Part shown: one piece after another, positions 13,777 to 26,889 of the stretch
How the letters are laid out: each line of letters starts with the position of its first letter
Position numbering within the stretch: position 1 is the stretch's first letter
Origin: Felis catus
Lineage: Eukaryota
Direction of reading: 5' to 3'
Length of the DNA stretch: 64,000 nt
Assembly (NCBI RefSeq): GCF_018350175.1
Contig: NC_058373.1
Location: forward strand, 103,418,001 to 103,482,000
Made by a program: the position numbers and the translations under genes
Notes under the pieces: model-generated
Told to the model about the DNA's origin: nothing
What the model saw: the letters and a program-made list of their open reading frames with translations, nothing else
The model's database searches: none

Positions 13777-13985
13777 CAGTGGTTCTCAAACCTGAATGTG
13801 TGTGAGAGACACCTAAAGTACTCATAAAGAATTTAGACTTTCAGTCCCCAATCCCACAAATTAATTCAGCAAACTGGAGTGGGGCCTAAGAATCTGAATG
13901 TGCATTTGTAAAAAGCTCCAAGGTGATTCTGAAGACTGCTCATGGGGCACCTGAATGCTAGATCCTGCCTGGAGAAGCCCAGTGC
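13777..13985. mobile_element. hAT-Charlie MER5-family element
   Basis: cagtggttctcaaacc terminus; aagctccaaggtgattct internal motif. Confidence 0.75.
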
Positions 13986-14324
13986 TTCGTTCTACCTGGG
14001 TGGGACACTTGGATGACAGTTGCCACCCTGCAAAACATAAATGAGTCTTTGGGTCACTCCCCGGAGCCCCAGTCATTCCACAGATACTCGAGTTCTTTTG
14101 GGTGGAGCTTTGGGCTTATGAATGAAGAATTCTTCCCTGTGTACAATCTCCAAAACTTCCTTTCTGTCAGCTACAAGACACTCTGTATTAATAAGGAGCA
14201 TTAATTAAGCTCCCTCACCTATCTGGGAGGGCCTCAGTTGTTTCAATAAGTTGTTTAATTGGCTACCAACATTGGCTAATAATTTCAGACTATAGGACTC
14301 AGCTTCTTCTTAATCTGTTGTTCT

Positions 14325-14690
14325 AGTGGTTCTCAAATTTGGCTAAGCTCCCGGATCATCTGCAGGGCTTGTTAAACATAGGGTGCCAGGCTTACTCCAG
14401 GCCTATACAGTCAAAATCCCTGGTGTCTATGCCAGGGATTCTGTGATTCTGTATTTGACAAGCTCTATTGGGGGTTCAGGTGCCATCAACATTGAGAATC
14501 GTTGCAAAGATCAGTTGTTCTCAAATGTCAGGACCACCTGGAGGACTCATTTAACCAAATCACTGGGCCCTCTCTTCCAAGCGTCTGGTTCAGCAGATCT
14601 GAGTGCGGCCTGAGAACTGGGATTTCTACCAAGCTCACCGGTGATTCTAGTGTTTATGGTCCAGGATCCACAGATCCTTAGAGAACCACA
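14325..14690. mobile_element. Two adjacent MER5-family elements (~14325-14503 and ~14511-14690)
   Basis: tagtggttctcaaa...ttgagaatcgttg, then cagttgttctcaaa...tagagaaccaca. Confidence 0.7.
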
Positions 14691-16111
14691 AAGCAAATAT
14701 CTGGGCTGAGTCACACTCAGAGTCATGTGGCACCATTGTCCCAAACATCTGGTGGCCTTAAAACAGCTTCTTATCAAGAAGATACACTTCCAGTGAAACC
14801 CATGAACTTTTACTTTCAGCCTAAGAGGGCATTTTGTTCTCAGATCTATGGCAGGGTACGTGGGTTGGTTGAAGATGTCATTTCTCCAGGTTCTTTGTGT
14901 TGTCTCTCCATAACTCACCTGGAGAGTGTCCCCATCTCTTTGGCTGCAGCAATAGACCCAAGTGGAGTGTTATCCCTCACCTTTGCTAACAACGCTTATG
15001 TTGTCCAGTCCAAACTCAGCCCTTTAGGCAGTCCTTGAACACTCAAGACACTTTCTTGAAGACTGAACCCCTCCTCATATTCCATTCTTCCCCTCCCTCC
15101 AACACTCAATAGAATTGCAGAGGTGTTGTTGGTGATGTTAACTTTACAGGCTGTTTCATGGGAAGTTGGAGATGATATCATACATGCTCACGGACTTCAT
15201 CAAAATCTCCACCTTAGCTGTCTGCTTCTCCTCTCTGTCCTCCCTACTCCCCACCATTTTTTTTCCTGTCTGTTTCTTCCTCTTATTGTGCAGAAGAGTC
15301 CGGTGCCTTCCCTAACAATGCATCCTCCTGCCTGAGTCCGTCCAACAGTGCCATCTTCCCTCAGCAACTAGGGGGTCCTCTTTGGGACACTTTCTCTTTA
15401 GAAGTTAGGAGGGGATTGTTAAAAATCTGTCTCCCCCCCACCCCACCACAGAGCACTGAGAAGACAATCGAGGGGAAATCACAGTATTTTGGTTAGAGTG
15501 ATGAAGAGGCCATCATTGAAGAGTGCCCTCAAAGCTCAAATTGCCAAGGACTGCAGTGCCACTTGCTTCAAGGGCCTTTTGTATTACTTTTTCATTGGTC
15601 CCATTTTAGAAGTTATTCTCCAGCCCCAAGCACAGCAAGGATCTTGAAGACCACTGGAGACTGAATATAGGAGGCTGTTCAGGTAGGCTGTCTCCCTGAA
15701 CCAGATTTCATAAGAGGTCATTCTGTGAGTCTCTCTCATGCCTTTGTGAAATCTCTCTCTGTCCTTGAGCAACTTAGATGATCTAAAACCCTGAAGGATC
15801 TAAAACTGCTGAAAAGTGTTGAAAGAAAAGAAAGAAAATACATTAAACCTAGCAGCTAAAAGATGTCCTTTTGGTGTTTTGCATGGGCTTAGAATTCTTT
15901 AAGCTAGCATAAACTGGTCACCAACCAAACTATTAACGTGATCGTGTAAATGGCCACCGTCCTTCCCTTGTGCCTCTAATTGTTAAAGGCATCCCATTGC
16001 AATCCAGCTCTTCAGTGAACCAGTGTCACTGTTAACTTGGAATTACGTCTTCTCTATTTGCTCCGCCCTGTATTTATAGACATGAATAGTCTTTAAATTT
16101 ACTAACAAAAT

Positions 16112-16330
16112 GGGGCACCTGGGTGGCTCAGTCAGTTAAGCATCCAACTTCAGCTCAGGTCATGATCTTACAGCTTCTGAGTTCAAGCCCCACGTTGGGC
16201 TCTGTGCTGACAGCTCAGAGCCTGGAGCCTGCTTCAGATTCTGTGTCTCCCTCTCTCTCTCTGCCCCTAACCCACTTGCATTCTGTCTCTGTCTCTCTCA
16301 AAATAAATAAAGGTTAAAAAAAATTTGTCT
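16112..16330 (+). mobile_element. Can-SINE
   Basis: ggggcacctgggtggctcagtcag head; aatttactaac repeated on both sides. Confidence 0.96.
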
Positions 16331-16636
16331 AATTTACTAACGAAGATGGATGCAAGTTTCAGTGAAGATTGCCATTGCTGGCTGATTATTTACCAATATG
16401 TTTCCAGCAAGGATTGATTCCAGCATCACAAAGAAAGCAGAAATACAGACATATGGTTAAAATTTGTCTTGAAATTCTAATACCTCTGACTAAAGACTTG
16501 ACTGCTATGTCCATTTCCCTGCTGAGTGAGTGAAATACTTTTCTATGGCCACTAAGGTTAACATTCTTCCTTCTCATCTCCTAGAAGTGTTAACCAGCTG
16601 GACCTCTGTTTAACAACTTCTGTGAAGTGTTGTGCT

Positions 16637-16726
16637 CTGACAGCTTGCTTGATGGATGGAGCTGTCAGCATATCCTCAATCCAGAGATGAGGAGGACATT
16701 GTCTTGCCTATCACCTCTATAAATCA
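16637..16726. promoter_or_regulatory. Candidate TALE/HOX enhancer core: TGACAG - TGATGGATGG - CTGTCA, plus TGATTTAT on the minus strand
   Basis: ctgacagct (16637-16645) and agctgtcag (16660-16668) flank TGATGGATGG (16650-16659); ataaatca at 16719-16726; non-repeat context. Motif evidence only. Confidence 0.45.
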
Positions 16727-17149
16727 GATGAATAAAAATTAGTAACAAGCCAGGCCCAGGGATCCGTTCTCATTTTAGTATTCTTCATAGATCATAATCT
16801 TTGAAATGTGCTCCAGGAAAAAAAAAATTACTTTAATGTTGCTTTGCTTTACAGAATTAGCATTGATTTACTCTATGAAAAAACTTCTCGGGAGCAAGAC
16901 ATCTGGGAAAATCCGTACTCTATACATGGAACTGTCCTCTGTGCCATGAAATAATACCTTTCAGGGATGTTGGAGGGAGCAAGGGAGATGTGAGAGGAAA
17001 TGTCAACACTAAAGGAGAACAGGGCTGCATGGGCAGGGCAGAGGTGAGAGGTCAAAAAGACACAACCAACGGTTCCCAGGAAAGAGGAAAGCCTTTCTTT
17101 GCCCATCAGAGACGATTCCTTCCACAGTCTCTAGCATATTTCTTCACAA

Positions 17150-17303
17150 ATCTACCTACTTGTTTCCATACTGGTTTATCACCAGAGGACTCGGAATCCC
17201 TTGATGGCAGGAACTGAGACTATTTCTTCTTTGTGTTCCCAGGTCCCCAGCCCTATGGCCCCATACCAGGGCCTCAGTACGGCATCAATGAAGAAATGAA
17301 TGG
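17150..17303 (+). mobile_element. L2 3' end fragment
   Basis: cccttgatggcaggaac...tgtgttcccagg...gaaatgaatgg. Confidence 0.6.
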
Positions 17304-17469
17304 GTTCGGCTACTTTACAAAATAATTATGGTAAGTCTGGTTGAGGAAAGAACTCCACAGCCCGACAGAAATATGTAGAAACACTAGCCAGATTATGAAT
17401 ACATGAAAAGGAATTATGAGGCATAAGCTGCACCAATAAACACGGTCTCTCACAGAAAACAAAATCTGT

Positions 17470-17690
17470 GGGGTACCTGGGTGGTTCAGTCGGCTAAGCA
17501 CCCAACTTTTGATTTCAGCTCAGGTCATGATCTCATGGTTCGTGGGTTCGAGGGCTGCATCAGGCTCTGTGCTGACAGCTTGGAGCCTGCTTGGGACTCT
17601 CTCCCTCCTCTCAATCTGCTACTCTCGTGCGCACTCCTTCTCTCTCTCTCTCTCTCTCTCAAAAAAATAAATAAACATCAAAGAAAAAAC
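17470..17690 (+). mobile_element. Can-SINE
   Basis: SINE head, (CT)n, A tail; TSD aaaacaaaatct at 17456-17467 and 17691-17702. Confidence 0.96.
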
Positions 17691-18859
17691 AAAACAAAAT
17701 CTTTATATTGCGAGCAGATGATGCTGTGTTGCACATCAAGTTCTTCACTGGGGAAAAAAGCATTAATCAGGCCCTACATTTTTCTAGGTCCCCACATTAA
17801 CCACTTTGACCTGCTCCCAGGTGGCATTCATAGAATTGGTATTCTTTCCCATTTCCCAGGGGAGGAACATGATGACTATTGTCCCTCCTTTGGGACTTGG
17901 GTGGTTTTCAGCCAATTGTGATGTGGCTTCTAGCTCTGCCTGACCCTACTATGTTCATGTCACTTACATTTCAGGGTCTCAGCTTCTCCATCTGTAAAAT
18001 GTAAATGACAAGACATGTGCATTGGCTGCTAAGCAAAGACTTGGATAAAAAGTAAGATGTTGTCAGGGAAGTCTGGAAGGCGTTTGCATGGCACAGGGGT
18101 AAAAATAGCCAAAAGGCAGATAAATGCAGTCAAATATTTTGTCATTTGCGTTCCCTTAAAAATTTCACTACTCCTCATGAAAATGGAAAGATGTCCTTTT
18201 GCAGGGTGACAGCTGCTGTTGGTTGCAGGAAGCTGCTGTCTGCTACTGATAAACACATGACAACTTCCCCTGAACAGATTCATATATTGCCTGAAGCAGA
18301 TTTCTGATTAATTTTTTGCTGGTTTTTTTTTTTTTTTTTTTTTTGACCACTGAAAAAGATTTGGCTGGAGTGAGTATATTTCCCTCTTGACCAAATCCTT
18401 TTGGTGTTTTGAAAACTTTCCAAGTGAGAAAATGAGCCCATTTACCCAGCTTGAGTCAGATGCTCAAAACACAAGATAAAAATAGCTGCTTGGGAATCTG
18501 CCTTTGCTCTGCCCCCAGGATGGTTAACCCCTCAAGGGGCCTTTCCTTGCAATGAGCTATCTCCTGTGGCTTTTGCTAGATCTGGTCCTTCTTGATTTCC
18601 ATTTGGGATGTCCTTGTCATGACCCATGCAAAGTCGTTGTGATTATGGAAAGTTGGGTGTGATCCAAATGACAAAGTGCTCTTTCCAAACCATCTGTGTT
18701 GAGGTGTTTTCCCCACTGAAGGGATCAATTTTTGGATTTAACTCTCCCTATTTCTAATAGTGGCTTATGCACTCACTTCTCTCTCCTGGGCAATTTAGTA
18801 AATCTGATTAATCAGTATGCCAATTGTAATAACAAAAATAACATTGTTGGTATTAAAAG

Positions 18860-19100
18860 CTAACATTCAATGAATATATGCCAGCCACTTTCGGTGCATA
18901 TATAAACATCATTCCATTTAGTCCTCATAACAAATTCATGAAATAGATGCTATTAGTAGCCCCCCTACCTACACAGATGGGGAAAATGAGGCTCAGAGAG
19001 GCTATGTGACTCCCGCAAAATCTCATAGCTTGAAAATGGCAGGCAAGACTTTAAACTCAGGACTGTCTTCCCAGAATCTAAGTCCTTAGCCAATGTGCCA
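18860..19100 (-). mobile_element. MIR SINE
   Basis: acagatggggaaaatgaggctcagagagg core. Confidence 0.8.
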
Positions 19101-19396
19101 TGCCAAGCAAGTGGTGTTGGGTATAGCATCCTTTGGGGCCATCAGTACAATAATTCTAGATCTCAGTCTCTCCCCAAGCAACGCTTTAACATTTGATTTC
19201 ATACAGATTATTCAAGGCTGAGGCTTGACTAAATGTGAAGCCTTAACTGCAGGATGCAGTAAGTATGAGGTTCAGTTGGCCAAAAGCCTAGCACCCAGGC
19301 TTCCTGGAGAGGTACGACTCCTTACTGGTCTTGAAAAGTGACAGGTGTTAAGGCAAATATGGGCCTGGGAATTTGTTATGCATTTTCAGGGTAGGG

Positions 19397-19414
19397 TTAA
19401 ATTTACTTATTTAT

Positions 19415-19446
<32 letters not shown>

Positions 19447-19590
19447 ACAGAGAGAGGGAGAGAGCGAGATTCCCAAGCAGGCTCCACACTGTCAGCACAG
19501 AACCTTATGTGGGGCTCAAATTCATGAACCCGAAGATCACAACCTGAGCTGAAGTCAAGAGTCAGATGCTTAACTGGCTGAACTACTGGG
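19397..19590 (-). mobile_element. Can-SINE, head degenerate
   Basis: tttattttgagagagag...cccaagcaggctccacactgtcagcacag...gagtcagatgcttaac. Confidence 0.92.
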
Positions 19591-20124
19591 ACTTAATTTA
19601 TTCTACTTGAAGTTGAGGATTGGGGGTAAGTGCTAGTTAATCAAGCAGCCCAGTTGGCAGAAAATTTACAATTCAGTAGAGAGATTAAAATGCCTTAATC
19701 TTGTAATGGGACACAGGTTCACAGTCAGCTGGGATGCAGGGTGCTTTTTCTCAGATATCGCTCAGTCTAGTCTTTGCAGTACTTGTTTAAAGGGAGACAT
19801 TAAAGCTAAAAGAATAAGAGTACTTTTGGAAGATCTAGAAAGACTGGAAATCTTTTATAAACCGGGCCACCCAAGGCTGAAGGCAAGAGCTGGTTTTACT
19901 TGCATGAGAGTTCAGGCAAAGGGGGCCTTCCTTCAACTTGAGAAACCACTGAGCTGTATGGCAGCCACCAGTGATTGGTGGGAAAACCACAGAAGTGGCA
20001 CAGGGACATTACTAGTCTTTGGGGGTCATTCCTCCTGTCAGTGGAATCCCTGAGAAAGGTAGGTATCTTTCAGGGTCCCAGGAATAAAACTTATACCATT
20101 GGGTTCTTCTAAATGGTCTTATTT

Positions 20125-20330
20125 GGGGCACTTGGGTGGCTCAGTCCATTAAACGTCTGACTCTTGGTTTTGGCTAAGGTCATGATGAGGTTCATGAGTT
20201 GAAGCCCAGTATCAAGCTCTGCACTGACAGTGAGGAACCTGCTTAGGATTCTCTCTCTCTCTCCCTCTCCCTCTCCCTGCCCCTCCCCCACTCACACTGT
20301 CTCTGTCTCACTCAAAAATAAACTTAAAAA
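20125..20330 (+). mobile_element. Can-SINE
   Basis: TSD aaa..gtcttattt at 20111-20124 and 20331-20344. Confidence 0.96.
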
Positions 20331-20537
20331 AAACTGTCTTATTTAAAAGTAAAAAAATCCATAAAACACGTATTTAGCTGGTTATCAAAGAAATACTAAC
20401 ATTATAAAGTAAATTCACAAGGCACTGAACGTTATAGTATGGGAGCCTGGCAACCTTCATTCCATCCTCTCTTGCTCAGTCCAAGATGGCAGTGTTCTGG
20501 TGGTAGAAAATTCTCAAAAACCTTAAACTCTGGGGAA

Positions 20538-20777
20538 TTTTTTTTTTTAATTTTTTTTAATCTTTATTTATTTTTGAGAGAGAGAGACAGAGAAAGAGAC
20601 AGAGACAGAGCGCAAGCAGGGGAGGAACACAGAGGGAAGGAGGCACAGAATCTGAAGCAGGCTCCAGGCTCTGAGCTGTCAGTACAGAGCCTGATGCAGG
20701 ACTCGAACTCACAAGCTGTGAGATCATGGCCTGAGCCAAAGTCAGATGCCCAACCGACCGAGCCACCCAGGTGCCCC
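20538..20777 (-). mobile_element. Can-SINE
   Basis: TSD aaactctgg.gaa at 20525 and 20778. Confidence 0.96.
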
Positions 20778-21409
20778 AAACTCTGGAGAAATTTCTTGTA
20801 TTGTTTTAAAAAATAACTATCTCCCTAACTTTGTGTTAGATCTTTCTTAAACTCTTATTAGTGGAATATTGGAATTCCTAGACTAACCTGCCATGCTTAT
20901 CATTTATTCTCCTCTCTTACATTTCTCTGGATAATGACTGTGTTCCACGTGATATCCTTCCAAACTTTCTAATAAATTATTTTTAGTAATAATATTTTAA
21001 ATTTCTTAGAATATTTATTGTTCCGTCTTTGTTCCTTTTCAATAGCAGCATATTCTTGTTTTATGGATGCAAAATTCTCTCAACACTACAAGCATACTAA
21101 TTTGAATTTTCAAGAGGCACAGTGCTTGTTTGATGAGTTGGTAACACTTTGGACCCGATTGGTAAAGGACAAAAGAATACAGCAGGGGGTATGTTATGGA
21201 ATAAAGATAGGGTAAAACTGGGAATTGAGAAAAGCTTGAGGAACACTGGCACCAGGAAAATAATGACATGGCTTTGAGATAGAGTTTTGAGCATCTAGGA
21301 ACTGATGTTGGAAAAGTTGTCCAAGAAGGGAGAAATCCTGCTGGTAGGGAAGAACTGTGTGATAAGGGGCATTTCATGCTCAGGGGTTGCCTCAATGTCA
21401 ATGATATAA

Positions 21410-22180
21410 CAACAATATAAACACAAACAGCTATATAAATACTGGGTGTTTTCTCTGTTCCAAGCACTATGCTAAGCGCTCTGTCCATATTGTCTCATAT
21501 AATCCTTTTAACAACTCAGGGAGGTAGGTGTGCTGGGGATGGCCTATTGCCATTTAATATCATGCACATCACTTTACATGTCCCTTCCTATACTGCTGGT
21601 GTAAGAAATCTAGAAACTACATTTATTAGATTTCCTTGAAGCTAGGGCTCTGGAAGCAAGAAAATTCTACCTGTGAGAAATAATAGCCCACGATCTGGAA
21701 GGTAGAAGTGAGGTGGTGACTATTTGCCTGCTATTGTTGGTGCTAACAGATAAGGCCAGATGGATATGTCTGCCACAGAGGATTTCACATTTCAGGGTCT
21801 GCTCACTAGCTTTATGAGGAAGAGAAGCAGCAATGCCTGTAGCATAGCATCCTCCTGGCCTCTGGACTTCTGCAAGGGTGGTATGCCCTTGAAGTCTATG
21901 GTTCATTGGTGTCTCCCTAGACTTCTGCTCTACCAGTCCACTCTATGATTTGGTAAACACTATTTCCCTGTATTAGATCTATTTCTGCTTAAGATACCTG
22001 GAATGTCTTTCTGCATTAAACTCATGTACACTATTATCATTTCCATTTTATACATGAAGCAAATGAGGCTCACAGAAGTTAAGTACCACACCAAAGTTCA
22101 CCCAACCAATAGGTGATAGAGCTGGATTTGAACCCAGGAATATCAGACTCCAAGACCTATGTGCTTAACCTCTATACTTC
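21410..22180 (-). mobile_element. MIR SINE split by an LTR33-like LTR
   Basis: MIR text aatcctttt aacaactcagggaggtagg stops at 21528 and resumes ctattatcatttccattttatacatgaagcaaatgaggct at 22031. Confidence 0.75.
21529..22030 (+). mobile_element. ERVL solo LTR (LTR33-like)
   Basis: TG...CA termini; gaaactacattt...ccttgaagctaggg and ttctgcttaagatacctgga motifs; exactly interrupts a MIR. Confidence 0.7.
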
Positions 22181-24989
22181 GTTGTCTCTTATTCTCCATC
22201 TGAAATTGGCCCAAACGCATATAGACTGTTCAGTTCTTAATATTCAAAGGTACTCCTACGACTGGTCCACCAGCAATAGAATATATGCTTTCAAGATGAA
22301 TGGGTCAGAATGATGGACACTGGTTTCACCAAGGGCAAACTTTTGCCTTGATCTCTCATTAACCAAGGTACTCTGAATGAGGTAACTTAAATTCCTCAAA
22401 TCACTCTACCAGCTCTGAGTTTTCTATAGATCTTAAAAAGTAAATTCAGTTAACTTTGTATGATATATACAGTCAGGTAAATGGGAGCCTGCAAATTCTT
22501 TTGAAAACTGAAATAATGGGAACACTCTTGATTCTGAAAATAGGAAGCTGTTCAAATTTTCATATTTCCACAACCCACCCTCACTGATAACTTTATTAAA
22601 AGTATGAGTAAGAGCAGAATATCCCAGAGGTGAGCCAATGATGAAGAAGATGTTTTGAGAATTTCTATTTTCCCAGGTCAGGAACAGTTTATTGCTATAA
22701 AGACATTTGTCATTTTGTGAGAAAGAGCTTGTGAATGGTGGCTATTATACATTTGTTTGACTCAAGTACTAATAGCAGCTAGGTTATTTACCATAATTAA
22801 AAGGAATTTCAGTCTCATCAAATCAGCTTAGCTTCCTCCTGTGATTTTTCAGTTTTGTGGAGATGAGAGCGTGCTGGAAGGTTGTGCTAATGGGCATCTC
22901 ATTTTAGATGGAAATGCTTTGTTCCTGCAGTAATGCACTCATGATTCTGTGTGCATTTGTGCTGCTGAGCTCAGAAAAGCCTAGGGATTACCTAGCTGGT
23001 GCTTTTAAGCCAGGCATCCATCGCTCTGTGCACACACTAAAATCACAGACATTCCACTTTAGATTGCAAGGAGCAAGGTAAACCCATTGTAATTGGGACG
23101 TGCACTAAAGTCTGATGCAGCAGAAATCACTGGTGGATATTATGGAAGGCACCTGAAGGGTTCTGGTTGTTTTTTCCAAGCACTTAAGTTATTTATCTAG
23201 TCTGGAAGACCTGAGGGTAACTGAGATCTAATTGAAAGTGGTTGGGCTTGGGGATGTCATGTGGTATCATACTGGGGACCTGTGTTGAATCATACAATTG
23301 AGGAAGAAGGGAAAGTGGGATTCTTGCAGGCAGGGTAAGAGGGTTAGCATAATAGACTTCAACCAGACGCTTCATAAAAACCAATTTCACAGGAGTACCT
23401 AACTATACCTGAGCGTCACTCCAGTTGGGCCAAGAAAATTCTCTTTAATCAGAAAATCATCCATGAGTATTAAATGCTCATATTCCTGCCAGGTATTTGC
23501 ATGTGGAAGAGCCCTAAACGTAGTCATTGTAAATGTCCTTTGGTCAGGGGCCTGGTAAGTGCAATGAATGTATTCAGATAAGATCTAAGAAAGATATTAA
23601 ATCTGTTTTCACTTAAAGGGTGTTTTTATATCTGAGTTTGTGGGCCTCAAAATAATAGTGTTATAGAGGTTCATTGTGAATTTATGAAAAAGCAACATGC
23701 ACTTTTCCCTGGGAATATGCTGTGTTTTCCCGGAAAGGAGTTAATGGAAGCCTCCAACTCAAGTACACTCCAAGGATACATTTTTATCTTGTGTTTCTGA
23801 GCAATCATTTTTTTGGCAGACTCTTTCACTTCTGTGAACCATAGCTAAGGACTTGATAGGCAGCAAAAGAGGCCTCAGCAGCAAAGTAATATTCACAAAG
23901 TCCAGGTTCTCGAGGTCATGCACTTTACCTACAAATGGATCTCTTAGGTGCTGAGCAGAGAGCCTCTCTACTCTCACTTTGCCCACAAATCAATGAGCTT
24001 GATTATCTGGTTATAAAACAGATTGGAACCAGCAATTGAAAGGGATGGCCAGGTAGCAACTACTGATGCAAGTTGAAACACAGGAGTAGAAATAAACACT
24101 GTACAATGTAGAAATAAGAATTCAAAGAACACAGTGAGCTGAGGTCACTTCAAATATTGGAAAACGGCCAACACCTCAAATTCCTTGAGTGAACGCCAAG
24201 GACATATATTACATTCTAGCATTATCATGTGTAGAAGGACAGCTCCAAGGTACCAAGGAAATGTTTGAAATTCTTGTTTTACAGTACGGGGAAGAGCAAA
24301 GCACATTTTTAAAGGGTTACCATCCAGAAAGACAAAAAACAAAATTGGAAATCGAAGACATAAAATCTTGATTTATTTGCAAGTCTTCAAATATCCGGAT
24401 GAATTTATTCCCGGGAGTATCCCAGAGCCAGTATTTTCCTATGTAAGATTTTACTTGGGATAAATAAAAATAAAAAGGTTTATTATCTACACATGGCTAA
24501 AAGGTATGCATATATATGAACATATGTTAGTAAATTTTGTCAACATATGTGTGTACATATATAAGCATATAACATTGTCATACTGTTTAAAGTGAGTACA
24601 TATGGGTGTGTGTATGTGGTCATGCCAAATCTTTCTGTGATCAGAGGGTTTTAAAAAGTGTCTGAAGGTTTAGATCTTATGATCTAGCTAGACTTTCAGT
24701 TTTGCCTTTGCTGAATGATACAGGCCAAGTGCACCTGTACCTGTTTCTCATGACTTCTCCTTGCCCATTAGGAAATTGCGTTTTCCTCATACGTCTAAGA
24801 GTCTTCAAAATATTCTAGACATAAGCCTTGGAAAACAAAGTATATAATTTTTGAAGTTTATTTTAACGATGGATTTCCCAGACTTAAAGAACTAGAACTG
24901 GGATGTAGGGCAATAGTCATAGTAATAATACCAAATATTTCATGATTTGGCCATTTATGAAGCACTTTAACCCATATGTTCCATTTTGT

Positions 24990-25765
24990 TGATATGGTAT
25001 TAAGTCTTTTTAACTCTATAACAGTTAACCCCCTTTTAAATTTTAAGCAGCTGGGTCAGGGGTGCCAGGGTGGCTTAGTTGGTTAAACGTCCAACTTCAG
25101 CTCAAGTCATGATCTCACAGTTTGTGAGATTGAGCCCTGCAGCGGGCTCTGTGCTGACAGTGCACAGCTTGCTTGGGGTTCTCTCTCTCTCTCTCTCTCT
25201 CTGCTTGCTCTCTCTCTCTCTCTCTCTCTCTCTCAAAATAAATAAATAAACTTAAAAAAGAAAGAAGCTGGGTCATTTACCCTATGGTAAAATCTCATAA
25301 TCTAGATTTGGCTGATACATCCACATGTTATTTAACATATTCTTCTATCCCCCATAATTTTGTAAACTAGTATTTACATCTAAAGCCTTGATGAGATTCG
25401 AATTCAATTTTTTTTTTTTTAAAGGATACCTCATAGGTGGGGCTATGACTTCCCACTGAATCCAATGGGAAAGCTCATAATGTCTGCCTGTCTTTCCATT
25501 AATGCCTCTACAATCGATAAGTTAAATCCGGTGTTGTCAACTTAATCCATCCTTTATAAAATTCCCCATCAAGATTTTACCTAATGCTTCGAGCAGTCAT
25601 TCATCATTGTCTAGAATAGACCCATTGCTTCACTGGATGTTCCAAGATGGTAATTTTATAATTCCGCTATTCTTTATGCATTTGTTAGCTGGAACTCTAA
25701 AGAAAAGCTCGCCCTTGTCAACTAGTTGGAAGCTGTAAGATACATTTAATACAGGAAAGACAGAA
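24990..25765 (-). mobile_element. Old L1 3'UTR (L1MC4/5-like) containing a Can-SINE
   Basis: gggtcattt...tctagatttggctgat; ataaaattccccatcaa; tgttagctggaactct. Confidence 0.7.
25059..25261 (+). mobile_element. Can-SINE
   Basis: TSD aagMagctgggtca at 25045-25058 and 25262-25275. Confidence 0.96.
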
Positions 25766-26889
25766 CATCTACAAAGCCCTTGCTTTTATCACCATGCTAT
25801 ACTGGAAAGAAACTGCTTTCTTGGAGATGTGATCTGATCAATCAGGCCTGGCAATAGAAGCCTATAGGCAGTGAAGGGCCTCATTCTTACAGCCTAAGAG
25901 AGTCTGTCCAGAATGAAACAGGATCCCTGGCAGGAGTGGGAGAAGACAGGGCCCACCTCTAGGGAGAGAAAGCTGACAAAGCTCAGGCAAGTTTTCAAGT
26001 GTAATTCAGGAAGCTAACGCAGGTCCAGAACTGGAGAATGCTGTCGAAATAGAATAGAGACCCAGAGTATGGACCAGGCACAGTAGCTGTGGCTAAAAGA
26101 GGAAGAACATCAATGGCCAAGACAGGGTCTAGGGTCTTGACTCAAGGAGAAAGGAAACTGCCAACCTGTGGCTGGGCTCCTTAGTGGGGTCTGGGGAGTT
26201 AATCTGGGACTGAACCCTGGTGTGAGTGACCTGGAAGGTGTTTGCAAAGTGCCTGCATTTGGATGGTCGAAAGACTGCTGTCCCACTAGCATCCTGAGAT
26301 AACTATGCCTCAGCTGGTTTGGTACCAGCCACCCCACATGGACTCTGATGGAAACTCCATCCCCTTCTGTGACAGAACAAAAAGACCCTTAACTCCAAAG
26401 GGACACAGTGAGAAGAAATGGAGCCAGTGCTGCCTTCATATGGCCCATGCATTCACCCCTGGTTCCAACAATGCTACCAGGTCAGTGAACCACCCACCAC
26501 ATTTGTGTGCATCTCACTCTACTCCCACCGCAATCACATGAATCCTCCAGAAAGTGGTGTCAGAGTAGTTCAGGTTCCCGAGGAATGCAGAATTTTTAAA
26601 TGCAAAGAATGGCCAGGGCCCCTGCCCACCCACTCAGTACCTGACTTGCTCTCCATTTGGGGGCTTTTGGAAAATCATACGTGCTGCTCTATTTAGGAAC
26701 TGAGGAATTCATTGCTAAAAAACCAAACCACTCCAGCCAGTGAAGTAGAATTTCTTTTCTTCCTGCAGCATTACTTACACACAAGAGCACCGAGAATTAT
26801 TTTTAGACCTAAAAACTAGCAGTTTGCTGGTGCTTGCCATCCAATTTGTAACAGATTTCCAGAGATTAACACTTGCAAGGTTTTTGGCC

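Noticed and set aside
25800..26330. Possible ancient Gypsy-like LTR; similar suspicion for ~42500-43440
   Set aside because: Resemblance too weak to support without a Dfam search.
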